Part shown: piece by piece, positions 18,276 through 28,986 of the stretch | Layout of the letters: every line of letters starts with the position of its first letter | Position numbering within the stretch: the stretch's first letter is position 1 | Notes under the pieces: generated by a model | Databases searched by the model: none | What the model saw: only the letters and a program-made list of their open reading frames with translations | Told to the model about the DNA's origin: nothing | Made by a program: the position numbers and the translations under genes | From: Aeromicrobium sp. | GTDB lineage: Bacteria; Actinomycetota; Actinomycetes; Propionibacteriales; Nocardioidaceae | DNA: 64,000 bases | Reading direction: 5' to 3' | NCBI GenBank assembly: GCA_046598255.1 | Contig: JBKJIW010000014.1 | Coordinates: 36,856-100,855, forward strand

Positions 18276-20303
18276 ATGAACTTCAAACGCCTCCTGAAGG
18301 GCCCCTGGCTCTGGATCGCACTCATCACGATCATCGTGATCTCGATCGTGTCGTTCTCCTCGTCGGCTGACGGGTTCAAGCAGATCAAGACGGCCACGAT
18401 GGTCACCTACCTCGAGACCGGCAAGGTCAAGGACGTCAAGTTCGTCGACGGTGACCAGCAGATCCAGGCCACGCTCAACGACGACACCAAGGTCAAGGCC
18501 GAGTACCTCGGGGACCAGGGCGCCCGCTTGGTGCAGCAGGCCGAGGCCGCCGTCGCCGACAAGAAGCTCAAGACGTTCGACGTCAAGGTGCCGCAGCAGT
18601 CGCTGCTCGGGTCCTTCCTCATCTCGTTCCTGCCGATCCTGCTGATCTTCGGCCTGCTGATCTATTTCCTGAGCCGCAGCCAGGGCGGTGGAGCGGGCGT
18701 CATGAAGTTCGCCAAGTCCAAGGCGAAGCTGATGAGCAAGGACACCCCCAAGACCACGTTCGCCGACGTCGCCGGCTGCGACGAGGCCATCGAGGAGCTC
18801 GGCGAGATCAAGGAGTTCCTCCAGGAGCCGGCGAAGTTCCAGGCCGTCGGCGCCAAGATCCCCAAGGGCGTCCTGCTCTACGGCCCTCCCGGCACCGGCA
18901 AGACGCTGCTGGCCCGCGCCGTCGCCGGCGAGGCAGGTGTCCCGTTCTACTCGATCTCCGGCTCCGACTTCGTCGAGATGTTCGTGGGCGTCGGCGCGAG
19001 CAGGGTGAGAGATCTCTTCGAACAAGCAAAGGAAAATGCGCCTGCGATTGTTTTCATCGATGAGATCGACGCGGTCGGACGCCACCGCGGCACCGGCATG
19101 GGCGGCGGTCACGACGAGCGCGAGCAGACCCTCAACCAGCTGCTGGTCGAGATGGACGGCTTCGACGTGCGCGGCGGCGTCATCCTGATCGCCGCGACCA
19201 ACCGCCCCGACGTCCTCGACCCCGCACTGCTGCGCCCCGGACGCTTCGACCGCCAGATCGGCGTCGAGGCACCCGACCTGGCTGGCCGCACCCAGATCCT
19301 GAAGGTCCACTCGCGGGGCAAGCCGATCGGACCGGGCGTCGACCTCGAGGCGATCGGGCGCCGGACGCCCGGCTTCTCCGGTGCCGACCTGGCCAACGTC
19401 CTCAACGAGGCGGCGCTGCTGACCGCCCGCAACGGCGACAAGACGATCGACAACGCCTCGCTCGACGAGGCCATCGACCGCGTCATCTCCGGCCCGCAGA
19501 AGCGCAGCCGGCTCATGAACGAGAACGAGCGGCGCATCACCGCCTACCACGAGGGCGGACACGCCCTGGTGGCTGCAGCGCTGCCGCAGAGCGACCCTGT
19601 CCACAAGATCACGATCCTCCCGCGTGGTCGCGCCCTCGGTTACACGATGGTGCTGCCCGACGAGGACAAGTACTCGCAGACCCGTGCCGAGCTGCTCGAC
19701 AAGCTCGCCTACATGCTGGGTGGCCGTGCGGCCGAGGAGCTCGTGTTCCACGACCCGACCACCGGCGCCGGCAACGACATCGAGAAGGCCACCAACCTGG
19801 CCCGTGCGATGGTCACGCAGTACGGCATGACCGAACGGCTCGGTGCGGTGCGGCTCGGTGAGAACGAGAGCCAGCCGTTCCTCGGCCGCGACATCGGGCA
19901 CGCGCGCAACTACTCCGAGAACGTCGCGGCGATCGTCGACGACGAGATCAACAAGCTGATCTCGTTCGCCCACCAGGAGGCGTTCGACATCCTGCACGAG
20001 AACCGCGACGTGCTGGACGCGCTCGTCACGGAGCTGCTCGAGAAGGAGACGCTCGACAAGGCGCAGGTGGCGGAGATCTTCGTGCCGTTGCGGCGCCGCG
20101 AGATCCGTCCGGCCTGGACGGGTTCCGACTCCCGCGTGCCCGATCACCGGCCGCCGGTCGACAACATCCCCGGCCAGTCGTACAGCGGCGCCAACGGCAA
20201 CGGCAACGGCAACGGGACGCCGATCGTCGTCGGCCCCGACACCGGCGTCGACGCCCCGCCGCCAGCCGGCCCCCCGATGGAGAACGGACCACATACCTCA
20301 TGA
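18276..20303 (+). CDS. ftsH: ATP-dependent zinc metalloprotease FtsH
   Basis: Two TM helices, [20 protein letters not shown] and HEGGH motifs. Confidence 0.97.
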   Translation: MNFKRLLKGPWLWIALITIIVISIVSFSSSADGFKQIKTATMVTYLETGKVKDVKFVDGDQQIQATLNDDTKVKAEYLGDQGARLVQQAEAAVADKKLKTFDVKVPQQSLLGSFLISFLPILLIFGLLIYFLSRSQGGGAGVMKFAKSKAKLMSKDTPKTTFADVAGCDEAIEELGEIKEFLQEPAKFQAVGAKIPKGVLLYGPPGTGKTLLARAVAGEAGVPFYSISGSDFVEMFVGVGASRVRDLFEQAKENAPAIVFIDEIDAVGRHRGTGMGGGHDEREQTLNQLLVEMDGFDVRGGVILIAATNRPDVLDPALLRPGRFDRQIGVEAPDLAGRTQILKVHSRGKPIGPGVDLEAIGRRTPGFSGADLANVLNEAALLTARNGDKTIDNASLDEAIDRVISGPQKRSRLMNENERRITAYHEGGHALVAAALPQSDPVHKITILPRGRALGYTMVLPDEDKYSQTRAELLDKLAYMLGGRAAEELVFHDPTTGAGNDIEKATNLARAMVTQYGMTERLGAVRLGENESQPFLGRDIGHARNYSENVAAIVDDEINKLISFAHQEAFDILHENRDVLDALVTELLEKETLDKAQVAEIFVPLRRREIRPAWTGSDSRVPDHRPPVDNIPGQSYSGANGNGNGNGTPIVVGPDTGVDAPPPAGPPMENGPHTS

Positions 20304-20866
20304 CGGTCGATCTGCCCCGCGCCGAAGCTGCCATCCGCGAGCTCCTGTTCGCCGTCGGCGAGGATCCCGACCGCGAGGGCCTCAAGGACACTCCGAAGCG
20401 GGTCGCCAAGTCGTACAACGAGCTGCTCTGCGGGCTCGACCAGACCGCCGAGGAGGTGCTCACCGCCGAGTTCGACGTCGGCCACGAGGAGCTCGTGCTG
20501 GTCAAGGACATCGAGATGTGGTCGATGTGCGAGCACCACCTGGTGCCTTTCTTCGGCGTGGCGCACGTCGGCTACATCCCGGGTGAGGGTGGCCGCGTCA
20601 CGGGGCTCTCCAAGCTCGGACGTCTCGTCGACGTCTTCGCGCGTCGCCCGCAGGTGCAGGAGCGGCTCACGACCCAGGTGGCCGAGTCCCTCGTGTCGAT
20701 CCTGAAGCCGCGCGGCGTCATCGTCGTGATCGAGGCCGAGCATCTGTGCATGGCGATGCGGGGCGTCCGCAAGGGTGGAGCCAAGACGATCACCAGTGCC
20801 GTCCGTGGTCAGCTGCGCGATCCCGCGACGCGTGCCGAGGCCATGGGCCTCATCATGGGCCGCTAG
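20300..20866 (+). CDS. folE: GTP cyclohydrolase I
   Basis: [20 protein letters not shown] and HLCMAMRG motifs. Confidence 0.96.
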   Translation: MTVDLPRAEAAIRELLFAVGEDPDREGLKDTPKRVAKSYNELLCGLDQTAEEVLTAEFDVGHEELVLVKDIEMWSMCEHHLVPFFGVAHVGYIPGEGGRVTGLSKLGRLVDVFARRPQVQERLTTQVAESLVSILKPRGVIVVIEAEHLCMAMRGVRKGGAKTITSAVRGQLRDPATRAEAMGLIMGR

Positions 20867-20874
20867 GGGTCTGC

Positions 20875-21708
20875 TTGCTCGCCGGCCTCGCCCAGGACCG
20901 ATGCCTCGTGATGGGGGTCGTCAACGTCACGCCTGACTCGTTCTCCGACGGTGGCAGGTGGCTCGACGCCGACACAGCCATCCGGCACGGCCTCGAGCTG
21001 GTCGCCCATGGCGCCGACCTCGTCGACGTCGGTGGCGAGTCGACCAGGCCCGGTGCCCTGCGCATCGATGCGACGGAGGAGGCCCGTCGGGTCCTGCCCG
21101 TCATCGAGGGGCTGGCCCGCGAGGGCGTCGTCGTGTCCGTCGACACGATGCGCTCGGAGACCGCCCGCCGTTCGCTCGACGCCGGCGCCGCGATCATCAA
21201 CGACGTCTCCGGTGGACGGGCCGATCCGGCGATGATGGCGCTGGCGGCCTCGAGCGGGTCGCCGGTCGTCCTGATGCACTGGCGTGAGCACTCCGCCACG
21301 ATGCAGAACCACACGCAGTACGACGACCTGGTCGCCGACATCTCTGCCGAGCTGCAGATCCAGGTCGACGCGGCGCTGGCAGCCGGGGTCGACCCGTCGC
21401 AGATCATCCTCGACCCGGGCCTGGGATTCTCCAAGACCGGTGCGCAGAACTGGACCGTTCTGGCACATCTCGACGCCTTCGTCGCGATGGGGCACCCGCT
21501 GCTGGTCGCGGCCAGCCGCAAAGGGTTCCTCGGCGAGCTGCTCTCCACCGACGCCGGGCCCCGTCCGGCCGACGGTCGCGACGCCGCCACGGCCGCCGTG
21601 ACGACCTTGGCGGCCGCGGCCGGCGTGTGGTGCGTGCGGGTGCACGAGGTGGCTGCGTCGGCCGACGCCGTCCGCGTGGCTGCCCGCCTGGGGAGGGAGG
21701 CCCGGTGA
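20875..21708 (+). CDS. folP: Dihydropteroate synthase
   Basis: MGVVNVTPDSFSDGG, GGESTRPG, DPGLGFSK, SRK and RVHEV motifs. Start is uncertain (20875 or 20911). Confidence 0.94.
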   Translation: MLAGLAQDRCLVMGVVNVTPDSFSDGGRWLDADTAIRHGLELVAHGADLVDVGGESTRPGALRIDATEEARRVLPVIEGLAREGVVVSVDTMRSETARRSLDAGAAIINDVSGGRADPAMMALAASSGSPVVLMHWREHSATMQNHTQYDDLVADISAELQIQVDAALAAGVDPSQIILDPGLGFSKTGAQNWTVLAHLDAFVAMGHPLLVAASRKGFLGELLSTDAGPRPADGRDAATAAVTTLAAAAGVWCVRVHEVAASADAVRVAARLGREAR

Positions 21709-22133
21709 CGGACCCCCTGACCATCCACCGGGCCTTCTACGACGCGGTCGAGGCCGGTGACGTCGACCTGATGGCCTCGCTCTGGGTCGACGATCCCGGC
21801 ACGTGGTGCGTCCACCCGGGAGCCCTGCCGTTGCGCGGCACCTCGCAGGTGCTGCGGTCGTGGACGGTCCTGATGGCGAACGTCGGCTACATCCAGTTCT
21901 TCCTGACCGACATCGAGGTCGACCTGATGCCGCGGGGGTCGGACGATCCCGACACCGCAGTGGTCCAGTGCACCGAGAACATCCTGTCGGGCGTGGGCCT
22001 GACCTCGCCCGACACCATCACGGGGGGCAAGGCGGTCTGCACCAGTATCTTGGTCAGGACGGCGGGGGGCTGGAAGATCTGGTCCCGGCACGCATCGCCG
22101 ATCATGGAACCACAGCAGCTGGAAGAGGACTGA
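21705..22133 (+). CDS. NTF2/SnoaL-like protein
   Basis: AFYDAVEAGD, CVHPG and WKIWSRHAS; usual position between folP and folB. Confidence 0.8.
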   Translation: MTDPLTIHRAFYDAVEAGDVDLMASLWVDDPGTWCVHPGALPLRGTSQVLRSWTVLMANVGYIQFFLTDIEVDLMPRGSDDPDTAVVQCTENILSGVGLTSPDTITGGKAVCTSILVRTAGGWKIWSRHASPIMEPQQLEED

Positions 22134-22511
22134 ATGTCGATCCCGAACGGCCTGGACCGCATCGACCTGCTCGGCATCGCCGCGCACGGACACCACGGCG
22201 TGTTCGACGAGGAGAAGAAGAACGGGCAAACATTCATCGTCGACGTCAGCCTCGGGCTCGATCTCGGACCCGCCGCCCGCACCCACGATCTGACCAAGAC
22301 CGTCCACTACGGCGTGCTCGCGCAGCAGATCCACGACCAGATCGTGAACGATCCGGTCGACCTCATCGAGACGGTCGCCCTCCGTATGGTGGACTTGTGC
22401 CTGGCCGAAGAGTCGGTCCAATGGGCTAGCGTGACGGTGCACAAGCCGGAAGCGCCCATCGCGGTGACGTTCCATGACGTCGCCGTCACGATAGAGCGGA
22501 GCAAACAGTGA
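22134..22511 (+). CDS. folB: Dihydroneopterin aldolase
   Basis: HHGVFDEE, TVHYG, LIETVA and VHKPEAPI motifs. Confidence 0.95.
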   Translation: MSIPNGLDRIDLLGIAAHGHHGVFDEEKKNGQTFIVDVSLGLDLGPAARTHDLTKTVHYGVLAQQIHDQIVNDPVDLIETVALRMVDLCLAEESVQWASVTVHKPEAPIAVTFHDVAVTIERSKQ

Positions 22512-23071
22512 CCGAAGCGCCCACCCCGTACGTCCTCGACGCGGACACGATGACCGGTGGCATGCGCCCGATCCGTCAGGCTGTCCTGGCGATCGGATCC
22601 AACCTGGGCGATCGCATCGACAAGCTCCAGGGTGGTGTCTCTGCGCTCGAGGACACCCCGGAGGTCACCGTCGTGGCGATCTCCTCGGTCTACGAGACCG
22701 ATCCCGTCGGCAGCCCCGACGACTCCGGCCGTTTCCTCAACGCCGTCGTGCTGATCGACACGACTTTGACGGTCCACACGCTGCTGGACCGCGCCCTCGC
22801 CATCGAGGACGCCTTCGGTCGCGAGCGGTCGGAGCCGGGTGCGCCTCGCACGCTCGACGTCGACGTCATCGTGGTCGGCAACCGGGTCGCCGCCGACGAG
22901 CAGCTGGTCCTGCCGCACCCGCGGGCGCACGAGCGGGGCTTCGTGCTCGTGCCGTGGCTCGAGATCGACCCCGAGGGCGAGATCCCCGGTCAGGGATTCG
23001 TCGCCGACCTGATCGGTGGCGTCGACACCAGTGGTGTGGTCAAGCGTGAGGACCTCGAGATCATCCTGTGA
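22508..23071 (+). CDS. folK: HPPK (dihydropteridine pyrophosphokinase)
   Basis: IGSNLGDR, SSVYET, PRTLDVD and PHPRAHERGFVL motifs. Confidence 0.95.
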   Translation: MTEAPTPYVLDADTMTGGMRPIRQAVLAIGSNLGDRIDKLQGGVSALEDTPEVTVVAISSVYETDPVGSPDDSGRFLNAVVLIDTTLTVHTLLDRALAIEDAFGRERSEPGAPRTLDVDVIVVGNRVAADEQLVLPHPRAHERGFVLVPWLEIDPEGEIPGQGFVADLIGGVDTSGVVKREDLEIIL

Positions 23072-23110
23072 TCTCGTGCCCGCGATGACGCTGCACACGG
23101 TCGTGACGAC

Positions 23111-23623
23111 GTGAGGCCGGCCAGGCCGACCTCGCTGCTGCTCGTCGTGGTGCTGGTCGCGGTGGGCATCGTCGCCGGCCGCCTGACCCCGCCGCTGATC
23201 GTGCGGCTCGACGGCAGTCCGCCCCGGCTCGGGTGGATCGCGCCGTTGGCATTGCTCGGCGCGGCGGTCGTCGTGGGTGTCTGCGCGTGGAACACGTGGC
23301 AGACGCTGCACCGCCGGCACGAGCGGATGACGGCCGATCACGGGATCAAGATGTTGTCCCTGGCCAAGTCCTGCGTCGTGGTGGGGGGCCTCGCGGCCGG
23401 CTTCTACGGCGGGTTCGCTCTCGCGTTCGTCGACGCCCTCGACTCGACGCTGGGTCGCGAGCGGTTCATCCGGAGCGGGGGCGCGTTCGTCGCGGGCCTG
23501 CTGCTGCTGGCCGCCGCACTCCTGCTGGAGCGGGCCTGCCGTCTGCCGGAGGACGACGAGGACGAGGACGGCGGAGGTCCAGGCAAGGGCGCGAAGGGCC
23601 GCCCCGACCCCACCCCCGCCTGA
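23111..23623 (+). CDS. DUF3180 membrane protein
   Basis: Four TM segments, LAKS motif and LERACRLP tail; follows folK. Confidence 0.8.
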   Translation: MRPARPTSLLLVVVLVAVGIVAGRLTPPLIVRLDGSPPRLGWIAPLALLGAAVVVGVCAWNTWQTLHRRHERMTADHGIKMLSLAKSCVVVGGLAAGFYGGFALAFVDALDSTLGRERFIRSGGAFVAGLLLLAAALLLERACRLPEDDEDEDGGGPGKGAKGRPDPTPA

Positions 23624-23736
23624 CGCTGACGGGTCACTTTCTGACCGCTGACGGGTCACTTATCGACCGCTGAAGGGTCACTTTCTGATCCCGACGGCAA
23701 GTGACCCGCCGCAAGACGACAAGTGACCCGTCAGCG
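23624..23736. repeat. 22-bp-period direct plus inverted repeat cluster (REP-like)
   Basis: Three tandem CGCTGACGGGTCACTT-based units at 23624, 23646 and 23668, then two inverted copies at 23699 and 23721. Confidence 0.85.
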
Positions 23737-25383
23737 TTAGGGGAGAAGGGTCGAGCGCAGGGTCCCGAGGCCGACGCTGCCGACCGCGAGTGCCCGGCGG
23801 TGGAACTCCTTGAGGTCGGTGCCGCCCGCCGCGACCCAGTCGTCACGCAGCTGCTCCCACATGCGCTGCCCGACCTTGTACGACGGCGCCTGACCGGCCC
23901 AGCCGAGGTAGCGGTTGACCTCGAAGCGGACGAACGAGTCATTCATGTTGACGTGCTGGGCCATGAACCCGAAGGCGTCGTCGCCGGTCCACGCGCCCGT
24001 GCCGTCCGGCTTCTGCTTGCCCAGGTGCACGCCGATGTCGACGACGACGCGGGCCGCCCGCATCCGCTGGCCGTCGAGCATCCCGAGCCGGTCTGCGGGG
24101 TCGTCGAGGTACCCGAGATCGGCCATCAGGCGCTCGGCGTAGAGGGCCCATCCCTCTCCATGGCCGGAGTTCCAGCTGAGCCGGCGCCAGCCGTTGAGCT
24201 CGGCGCTGTTGTGGGTCGCGAGGCCGCACTGGAGGTGGTGGCCGGGCACGCCCTCGTGATACACGGTCGTGAGCTCGCGCCACGTGTCGAACTCCGTGAT
24301 CCCCTCGGGGACGCTCCACCACATCCGCCCCGCCCGCTCGAAGTCCTCGCTGGGCGGTGTGTAGTAGATGCCGCCCTCCTGGGTCGGGGCGATCAGGCAC
24401 TCGAGGCGTCGCATCGGCTCCGGGATGTCGAAGTGCGTGCGGCCGAGGTCGGCGACGGCCCGGTCGCTGGTCTCCTGCATCCAGGTCTTCAGCGCGTCGG
24501 TGCCGTGCAGCTTGCGGGTCGGGTCGGCGTCGAGGTGCGCGATGGCCTCCTCGACGGAGGCGCCCGGCAGGATCTGGTCGGCGATCTGCTCCTGCTCGGC
24601 GACCATGAGGCGGAGCTCCTCGATGCCCCACTCATAGGTCTCGTCGAGGTCGACCTCCACGCCGACGAACGCCCGGGACGCCAGCGCGTAGTGCTCGCGG
24701 CCCACTGCGTCGGCCGCAGGGGCGTGCGGCGCGAGGTCGCGCTCGAGGAACTCGACCAGCAGCCCGTACGCCTCGGAGGCGGCCCGGACGCCGGTGTCGA
24801 GGTCCGACTGGAGGGACGCAGGTACGTCAGCGCGTCGGGCGAGGTCCGCGAAGAAGCTGTCGCTCCCGGTCTGCTTGCGCGCCTGGGAGGCCACCTCCCG
24901 CACCTGGCGGATCGCGGGGACGTTGCCGGCCGCGATGCCGACCCGCAGCGAGTCGAGGTAGCCCGACATCGCCGCCGGGATGTTCTGGAGCCGCCGTGCG
25001 ACGTGTGACCAGTCGTCGTCCGTCTCGGTGTCCATGAGGTCGAAGATGTCGCGCAGGTCCTGCCCGGGCGAGGCGATCACGTTGAGGTCGCGCTGCCAGA
25101 ACCCGGCCTCGACCTGCTCGATCTCCAGCTCGAGCGTGCGGATCAGCTCGGCCTGCGTGATGGCGTCGGTCTGGTCCTCGACCTCCACGACCCGGACGCG
25201 CTCGAGCATCCCTCGCGCAGCGTCGGCCCGCGCGGCGACGCCGTCGGGTGAGCGATCGGTGTAGTCGGACTCGCGTCCCGGCCGGCCGAGATGGACGTGC
25301 AGCTCGGGCGACAGGTCGAGCATCGTGTCAAGCCACTGCTCGGCCAGCTCGTCGGCGGACGTGGGAACGCGGGAATCAGCCAT
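23737..25383 (-). CDS. DUF885 family protein (metallopeptidase-like)
   Basis: YHEGVPGHHLQ, EGWALYAE, RAARVVVDIGVH and GQAPSYKVG motifs. Confidence 0.88.
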   Translation of the reverse strand: MADSRVPTSADELAEQWLDTMLDLSPELHVHLGRPGRESDYTDRSPDGVAARADAARGMLERVRVVEVEDQTDAITQAELIRTLELEIEQVEAGFWQRDLNVIASPGQDLRDIFDLMDTETDDDWSHVARRLQNIPAAMSGYLDSLRVGIAAGNVPAIRQVREVASQARKQTGSDSFFADLARRADVPASLQSDLDTGVRAASEAYGLLVEFLERDLAPHAPAADAVGREHYALASRAFVGVEVDLDETYEWGIEELRLMVAEQEQIADQILPGASVEEAIAHLDADPTRKLHGTDALKTWMQETSDRAVADLGRTHFDIPEPMRRLECLIAPTQEGGIYYTPPSEDFERAGRMWWSVPEGITEFDTWRELTTVYHEGVPGHHLQCGLATHNSAELNGWRRLSWNSGHGEGWALYAERLMADLGYLDDPADRLGMLDGQRMRAARVVVDIGVHLGKQKPDGTGAWTGDDAFGFMAQHVNMNDSFVRFEVNRYLGWAGQAPSYKVGQRMWEQLRDDWVAAGGTDLKEFHRRALAVGSVGLGTLRSTLLP

Positions 25384-25404
25384 GACGTCGACCCTACGAC
25401 GGGA

Positions 25405-26547
25405 CTACTTGTCGATGTCGCCGACGACGAAGAACATGCTGCCCAGGATGGCCACGAGGTCGGCGACGACGGTGCCCTGGACGATCTCGGGCAGCACCGC
25501 CACGTTGTTGAACGACGCCGTGCGCAGCTTGAGGCGCCACGGCGTCTTCTCCCCGCGCGACACGAGGTAGTAGCCGTTGAGGCCGAGCGGGTTCTCGGTC
25601 CAGACGTACGTCGACCCCTCGGGCGCCTTGAGGATCTTGGGCAGGCGGACGTTGACGGGTCCGGGTGCGATGTCGGCGAGCCGGGCCAGGCAGGCGTCGG
25701 CGAGGTCGAGCGACACCTTCGTCTGCTCCAGCAGCACCGCGAACCGGGCGTGGCAGTCGCCCTCGGTCATGACCGGCACCCGCAGGACGTCCTGCAGGTC
25801 GCCGTAGGCGAGGTACGGCTCGTCGCGCCGCAGGTCCATGTCGAGCCCAGAGGCTCGCGCGATCGGACCGGACACGCCGTAGTCATGCACCAGCGCCGAC
25901 GACAGGACGCCGATGCCGACCGTGCGGGCCCGGAAGATCTCGTTGCCGAAGATCAGGTCCTCGAGCTCGGTCAGCCGCGACCGCACCGTCGCGACGGCGG
26001 TGGACGCGCGTCCGGTCCAGCCGGCCGGGAGGTCCTCCTTGAGGCCGCCGACACGGTTGAACATGTAGTGCATGCGTCCGCCGGAGACCTCCTCCATGAT
26101 CTCCTGGATGGTCTCGCGCTCGCGGAAGGCGTAGAAGATCGGCGTGATCGCGCCCAGCTCCAGCGGGTACGACCCCAGGAACATCAGGTGGTTGAGCACG
26201 CGGTTGAGCTCGGCGAGCAGGGTCCGGATCCAGGTGGCGCGCTCCGGCACCTCCATGCCGAGCATGTCCTCGACGGCGAGGGCCACCCCGAGCTCGGACG
26301 AGAAGGCGCTGAGCCAGTCGTGCCGGTTGGCCAGCATGATGATCTGGCGGTAGTCGCGGACCTCGAAGAGCTTCTCGACACCGCGGTGCATGTAGCCGAT
26401 GATCGGCTCGCACGCCTGCACCCGCTCGCCGTCGAGAGTGAGCCGCAGGCGCAGCACGCCGTGCGTGGCCGGGTGCTGCGGCCCGATGTTGAGAACCATG
26501 TCGGTCGTCGCGAAGCCGGCGCCGACGCTGGCGGTGACCTCGGTCAT
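25405..26547 (-). CDS. nuoD: Stand-alone NADH-quinone oxidoreductase subunit D homolog
   Basis: [29 protein letters not shown] and SGPIARASG motifs. No other nuo genes are nearby. Confidence 0.9.
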   Translation of the reverse strand: MTEVTASVGAGFATTDMVLNIGPQHPATHGVLRLRLTLDGERVQACEPIIGYMHRGVEKLFEVRDYRQIIMLANRHDWLSAFSSELGVALAVEDMLGMEVPERATWIRTLLAELNRVLNHLMFLGSYPLELGAITPIFYAFRERETIQEIMEEVSGGRMHYMFNRVGGLKEDLPAGWTGRASTAVATVRSRLTELEDLIFGNEIFRARTVGIGVLSSALVHDYGVSGPIARASGLDMDLRRDEPYLAYGDLQDVLRVPVMTEGDCHARFAVLLEQTKVSLDLADACLARLADIAPGPVNVRLPKILKAPEGSTYVWTENPLGLNGYYLVSRGEKTPWRLKLRTASFNNVAVLPEIVQGTVVADLVAILGSMFFVVGDIDK

Positions 26548-28007
26548 GGCCGGCGGAACCTATGGTGGAGCCAGCGGGCGATCTTGCGGGCCAGGGCGCG
26601 CGGCGACCCGCGCTCGAGGCGTTCGAGCCGGGCGTTGAGCTGCTCGATCTCGCCGGCCTGAGCCTGGACGGTCGCATGCAGCCGTGCGTGGCGGCTGCCG
26701 GCGCCGCTCCACTCCGGGTGCGGGTAGGGCTGCTCGAACGCCTGCGGGTGCCGGGTGATGTCCAGCACCATGCCGTCGCGCAGCCACTGGAGTCGCGACG
26801 CGATCTCGTGGCCGTCCGGCGCAACGAGGGGGTGGACGGGCGGCGGGAAGGTCGCGGCGGCCAGGTGGGCGTCGAAGTCGCCGGTGCCGTTGCCCTCGGA
26901 CCAGATGTGTGGCAGGTCGTTGCGCTCGAGGAAGGCGGTGAACCGGTCGAAGCCGCGGGGCAGCTCGGCGTTGAACGCGGTCATGTCGGTCGCCGCGTAG
27001 AGCTGATCGGCGCGCACGTCCGCCTCGAACGACGGCATGACCGTGAACGGCATCCGGTGGTACTCGGCGAGCTCGAGGGTGCGGGAGTCATGGGCCAGGA
27101 GGTGCGCCGGGATGCCGCCGAGCAACGCCGCGACGTTGCCGTGGAAGCGCGTGCCGTACGCGAAGTGCTGGGTCGCCATGAAGTCGTACCAGGGCCACGT
27201 GTCGAGGAAGAGCCGGATGCGGTCCTGCTGGTAGAGCCGGTGCCCGAGGTGCACGGGAACGAGCGGGTCGTGGACGTGGGGGAACGGGACGCCCCACAGC
27301 AGCATCCGCAGGTCGTGGGCGTCCTGGCCGATGTAGGTCAGGTGCGGGTGGCGCTGGGCCTGGGCCGCAGCGAAGGCGCCGATGCCCGGAACCTCGGGGG
27401 TCAGGTTGAGCGCCAGCGGGCTGTCGTCCGTGATCGCCTCGACGGACTTGTCGATGCGGAAGTCGCGTCCGTGCAGGAACAGCGACGGGCAGCCGATGAC
27501 GTCGATCGCGTCGTCGGGGAAGCCGAGGCGGAGCAGGTACGACTTGGTGAACTCCCCGCGCACGCCGATCGAGGCGGAGCGGTCGAGCACGAGGCGGACG
27601 AACCGGGTGACCGTCTCGTCGACGGGCGCGAGCGACTCGATGCCGTGGCCGTGGGCCGCCTGCGCGCCGACGCCGGTGACGGTGACCGGGATCTTGACGC
27701 CCTCGATGAGGTCGGCCAGGCGGGCCAGGCGGGGCGCGAACTCGCTCCGGAACGCGTTGGCGAGCGGGATCACGAAGTGGTCGAACTGGTCGTTGATGCG
27801 TCGAGCGTCGCCTGGCTGGGGTGCCACCCTCTCGGAGAGCGTCGCGTTGGAGACTAGCTCGGCGCCATCGACCGACAGGGCCTTCCACATCGAGTGCTGG
27901 AAGAGGTAGTTGCCGCTGTTGCTGTTGAAGACGTCCTGCGTCAGCGTCGACTCGGCTACCACCGGGGTGAACGGATCCTTGCCCGAACGGATCAGCAGCC
28001 TGCTCAT
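26544..28007 (-). CDS. Polysaccharide pyruvyl transferase family protein
   Basis: [28 protein letters not shown] and HDSRTLEL motifs. Confidence 0.82.
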   Translation of the reverse strand: MSRLLIRSGKDPFTPVVAESTLTQDVFNSNSGNYLFQHSMWKALSVDGAELVSNATLSERVAPQPGDARRINDQFDHFVIPLANAFRSEFAPRLARLADLIEGVKIPVTVTGVGAQAAHGHGIESLAPVDETVTRFVRLVLDRSASIGVRGEFTKSYLLRLGFPDDAIDVIGCPSLFLHGRDFRIDKSVEAITDDSPLALNLTPEVPGIGAFAAAQAQRHPHLTYIGQDAHDLRMLLWGVPFPHVHDPLVPVHLGHRLYQQDRIRLFLDTWPWYDFMATQHFAYGTRFHGNVAALLGGIPAHLLAHDSRTLELAEYHRMPFTVMPSFEADVRADQLYAATDMTAFNAELPRGFDRFTAFLERNDLPHIWSEGNGTGDFDAHLAAATFPPPVHPLVAPDGHEIASRLQWLRDGMVLDITRHPQAFEQPYPHPEWSGAGSRHARLHATVQAQAGEIEQLNARLERLERGSPRALARKIARWLHHRFRRP

Positions 28008-28927
28008 GCCGTCAGTCTTCCATGCCGGGACTCGGTGATGATCCACCAGAAGTCGCCGAGGCCGCCGGTGACGAGCTCGGCCGCCTCGCCCGCGCGCGAC
28101 AGGGCACGGACGTAGGCGGCCGGGTCGTCGTGGGCGAGCTGGATCGGTGGGCGGCCACCGTCGACGCCGAGCTCGGCCAGTGCTTCCCGCTGCCGGACCA
28201 GTCTGCCGCTGACGGCAGCGGCGACCGCGTCGACGGCGACGTCGGCGGTGACGTCGCGTGAGCCGTCAGGCAGGACGTCCACCTCTCGGCCGTCCATGTA
28301 CGACCGCAGGCTCCCGAACGGCGGTCGGTCCTCGCGCCGGTGGCCGTAGTCGATCGCCACCGCGGTGCCGTCGACTCGGGCCACCGCATCGGCCCAGGCC
28401 GCGTCGCGCACGTCGCCGACCTCCGCCCGCTCACCGGCCTCGAGCAGCGGCCACCAGTCCCGCAGCCAGGCCGACCCGTACGGCGCTCCGAGTGACTCCT
28501 GGCCCGTCGCCGGATCGATGAGGACCTCGCGGACGGTGCCGGCGTCGTCCAGCTCGACGACGTCGCACGGCAGGTTGTCGAGCCACTCGTTGGCGATCAG
28601 CAAGCCGTCGATTCGTTGGGGCAGGTCGGTCTGCCAACGCACGTCGTCGGGCAGGGTGCCGGGGCGGTCGGCCACCTCTACCCCGATCAGCTCGACCCCG
28701 GGCAGCAGCGCGTGCAGGGCGGTCAGCAGCTCGCCCCCGCCGCAGCCCAGGTCGACCACCGAACGGGCGCTGCTCCGGCGAGCGAGCTCGGCGACCGCCG
28801 TCGCGAACGTCCCGATGTGGGCGCTGGTGCGGAAGTGATCGCCCGGACGGGAGGTGCGGAAGAAGCCGGCGGATCCGTACAGGGCGGCGTCCCATGCCGT
28901 CCGCCACGAGACCAGGTGCGCCGTCAC
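28004..28927 (-). CDS. SAM-dependent methyltransferase, NDUFAF7/MidA-like
   Basis: ALYGSAGFF...HFRTS, DLGCGGG, ANEWLDNLP, IDYG and DVTADV motifs. Confidence 0.82.
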   Translation of the reverse strand: MTAHLVSWRTAWDAALYGSAGFFRTSRPGDHFRTSAHIGTFATAVAELARRSSARSVVDLGCGGGELLTALHALLPGVELIGVEVADRPGTLPDDVRWQTDLPQRIDGLLIANEWLDNLPCDVVELDDAGTVREVLIDPATGQESLGAPYGSAWLRDWWPLLEAGERAEVGDVRDAAWADAVARVDGTAVAIDYGHRREDRPPFGSLRSYMDGREVDVLPDGSRDVTADVAVDAVAAAVSGRLVRQREALAELGVDGGRPPIQLAHDDPAAYVRALSRAGEAAELVTGGLGDFWWIITESRHGRLTA

Positions 28928-28986
28928 GCGGCTCAATCTAGGGCACGAGCGGCGTCCGCCGCGGGCGTCGTCGTTATGCTCGGCGC

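Noticed and set aside
20193-20216. AACGGC microsatellite in the ftsH tail
   Set aside because: In-frame NG repeat in a disordered C-terminus; no phase-variation potential.
23624-23736. Possible mini CRISPR array
   Set aside because: The period is only 22 bp, there are no unique spacers, the arms are inverted and no cas genes are present.
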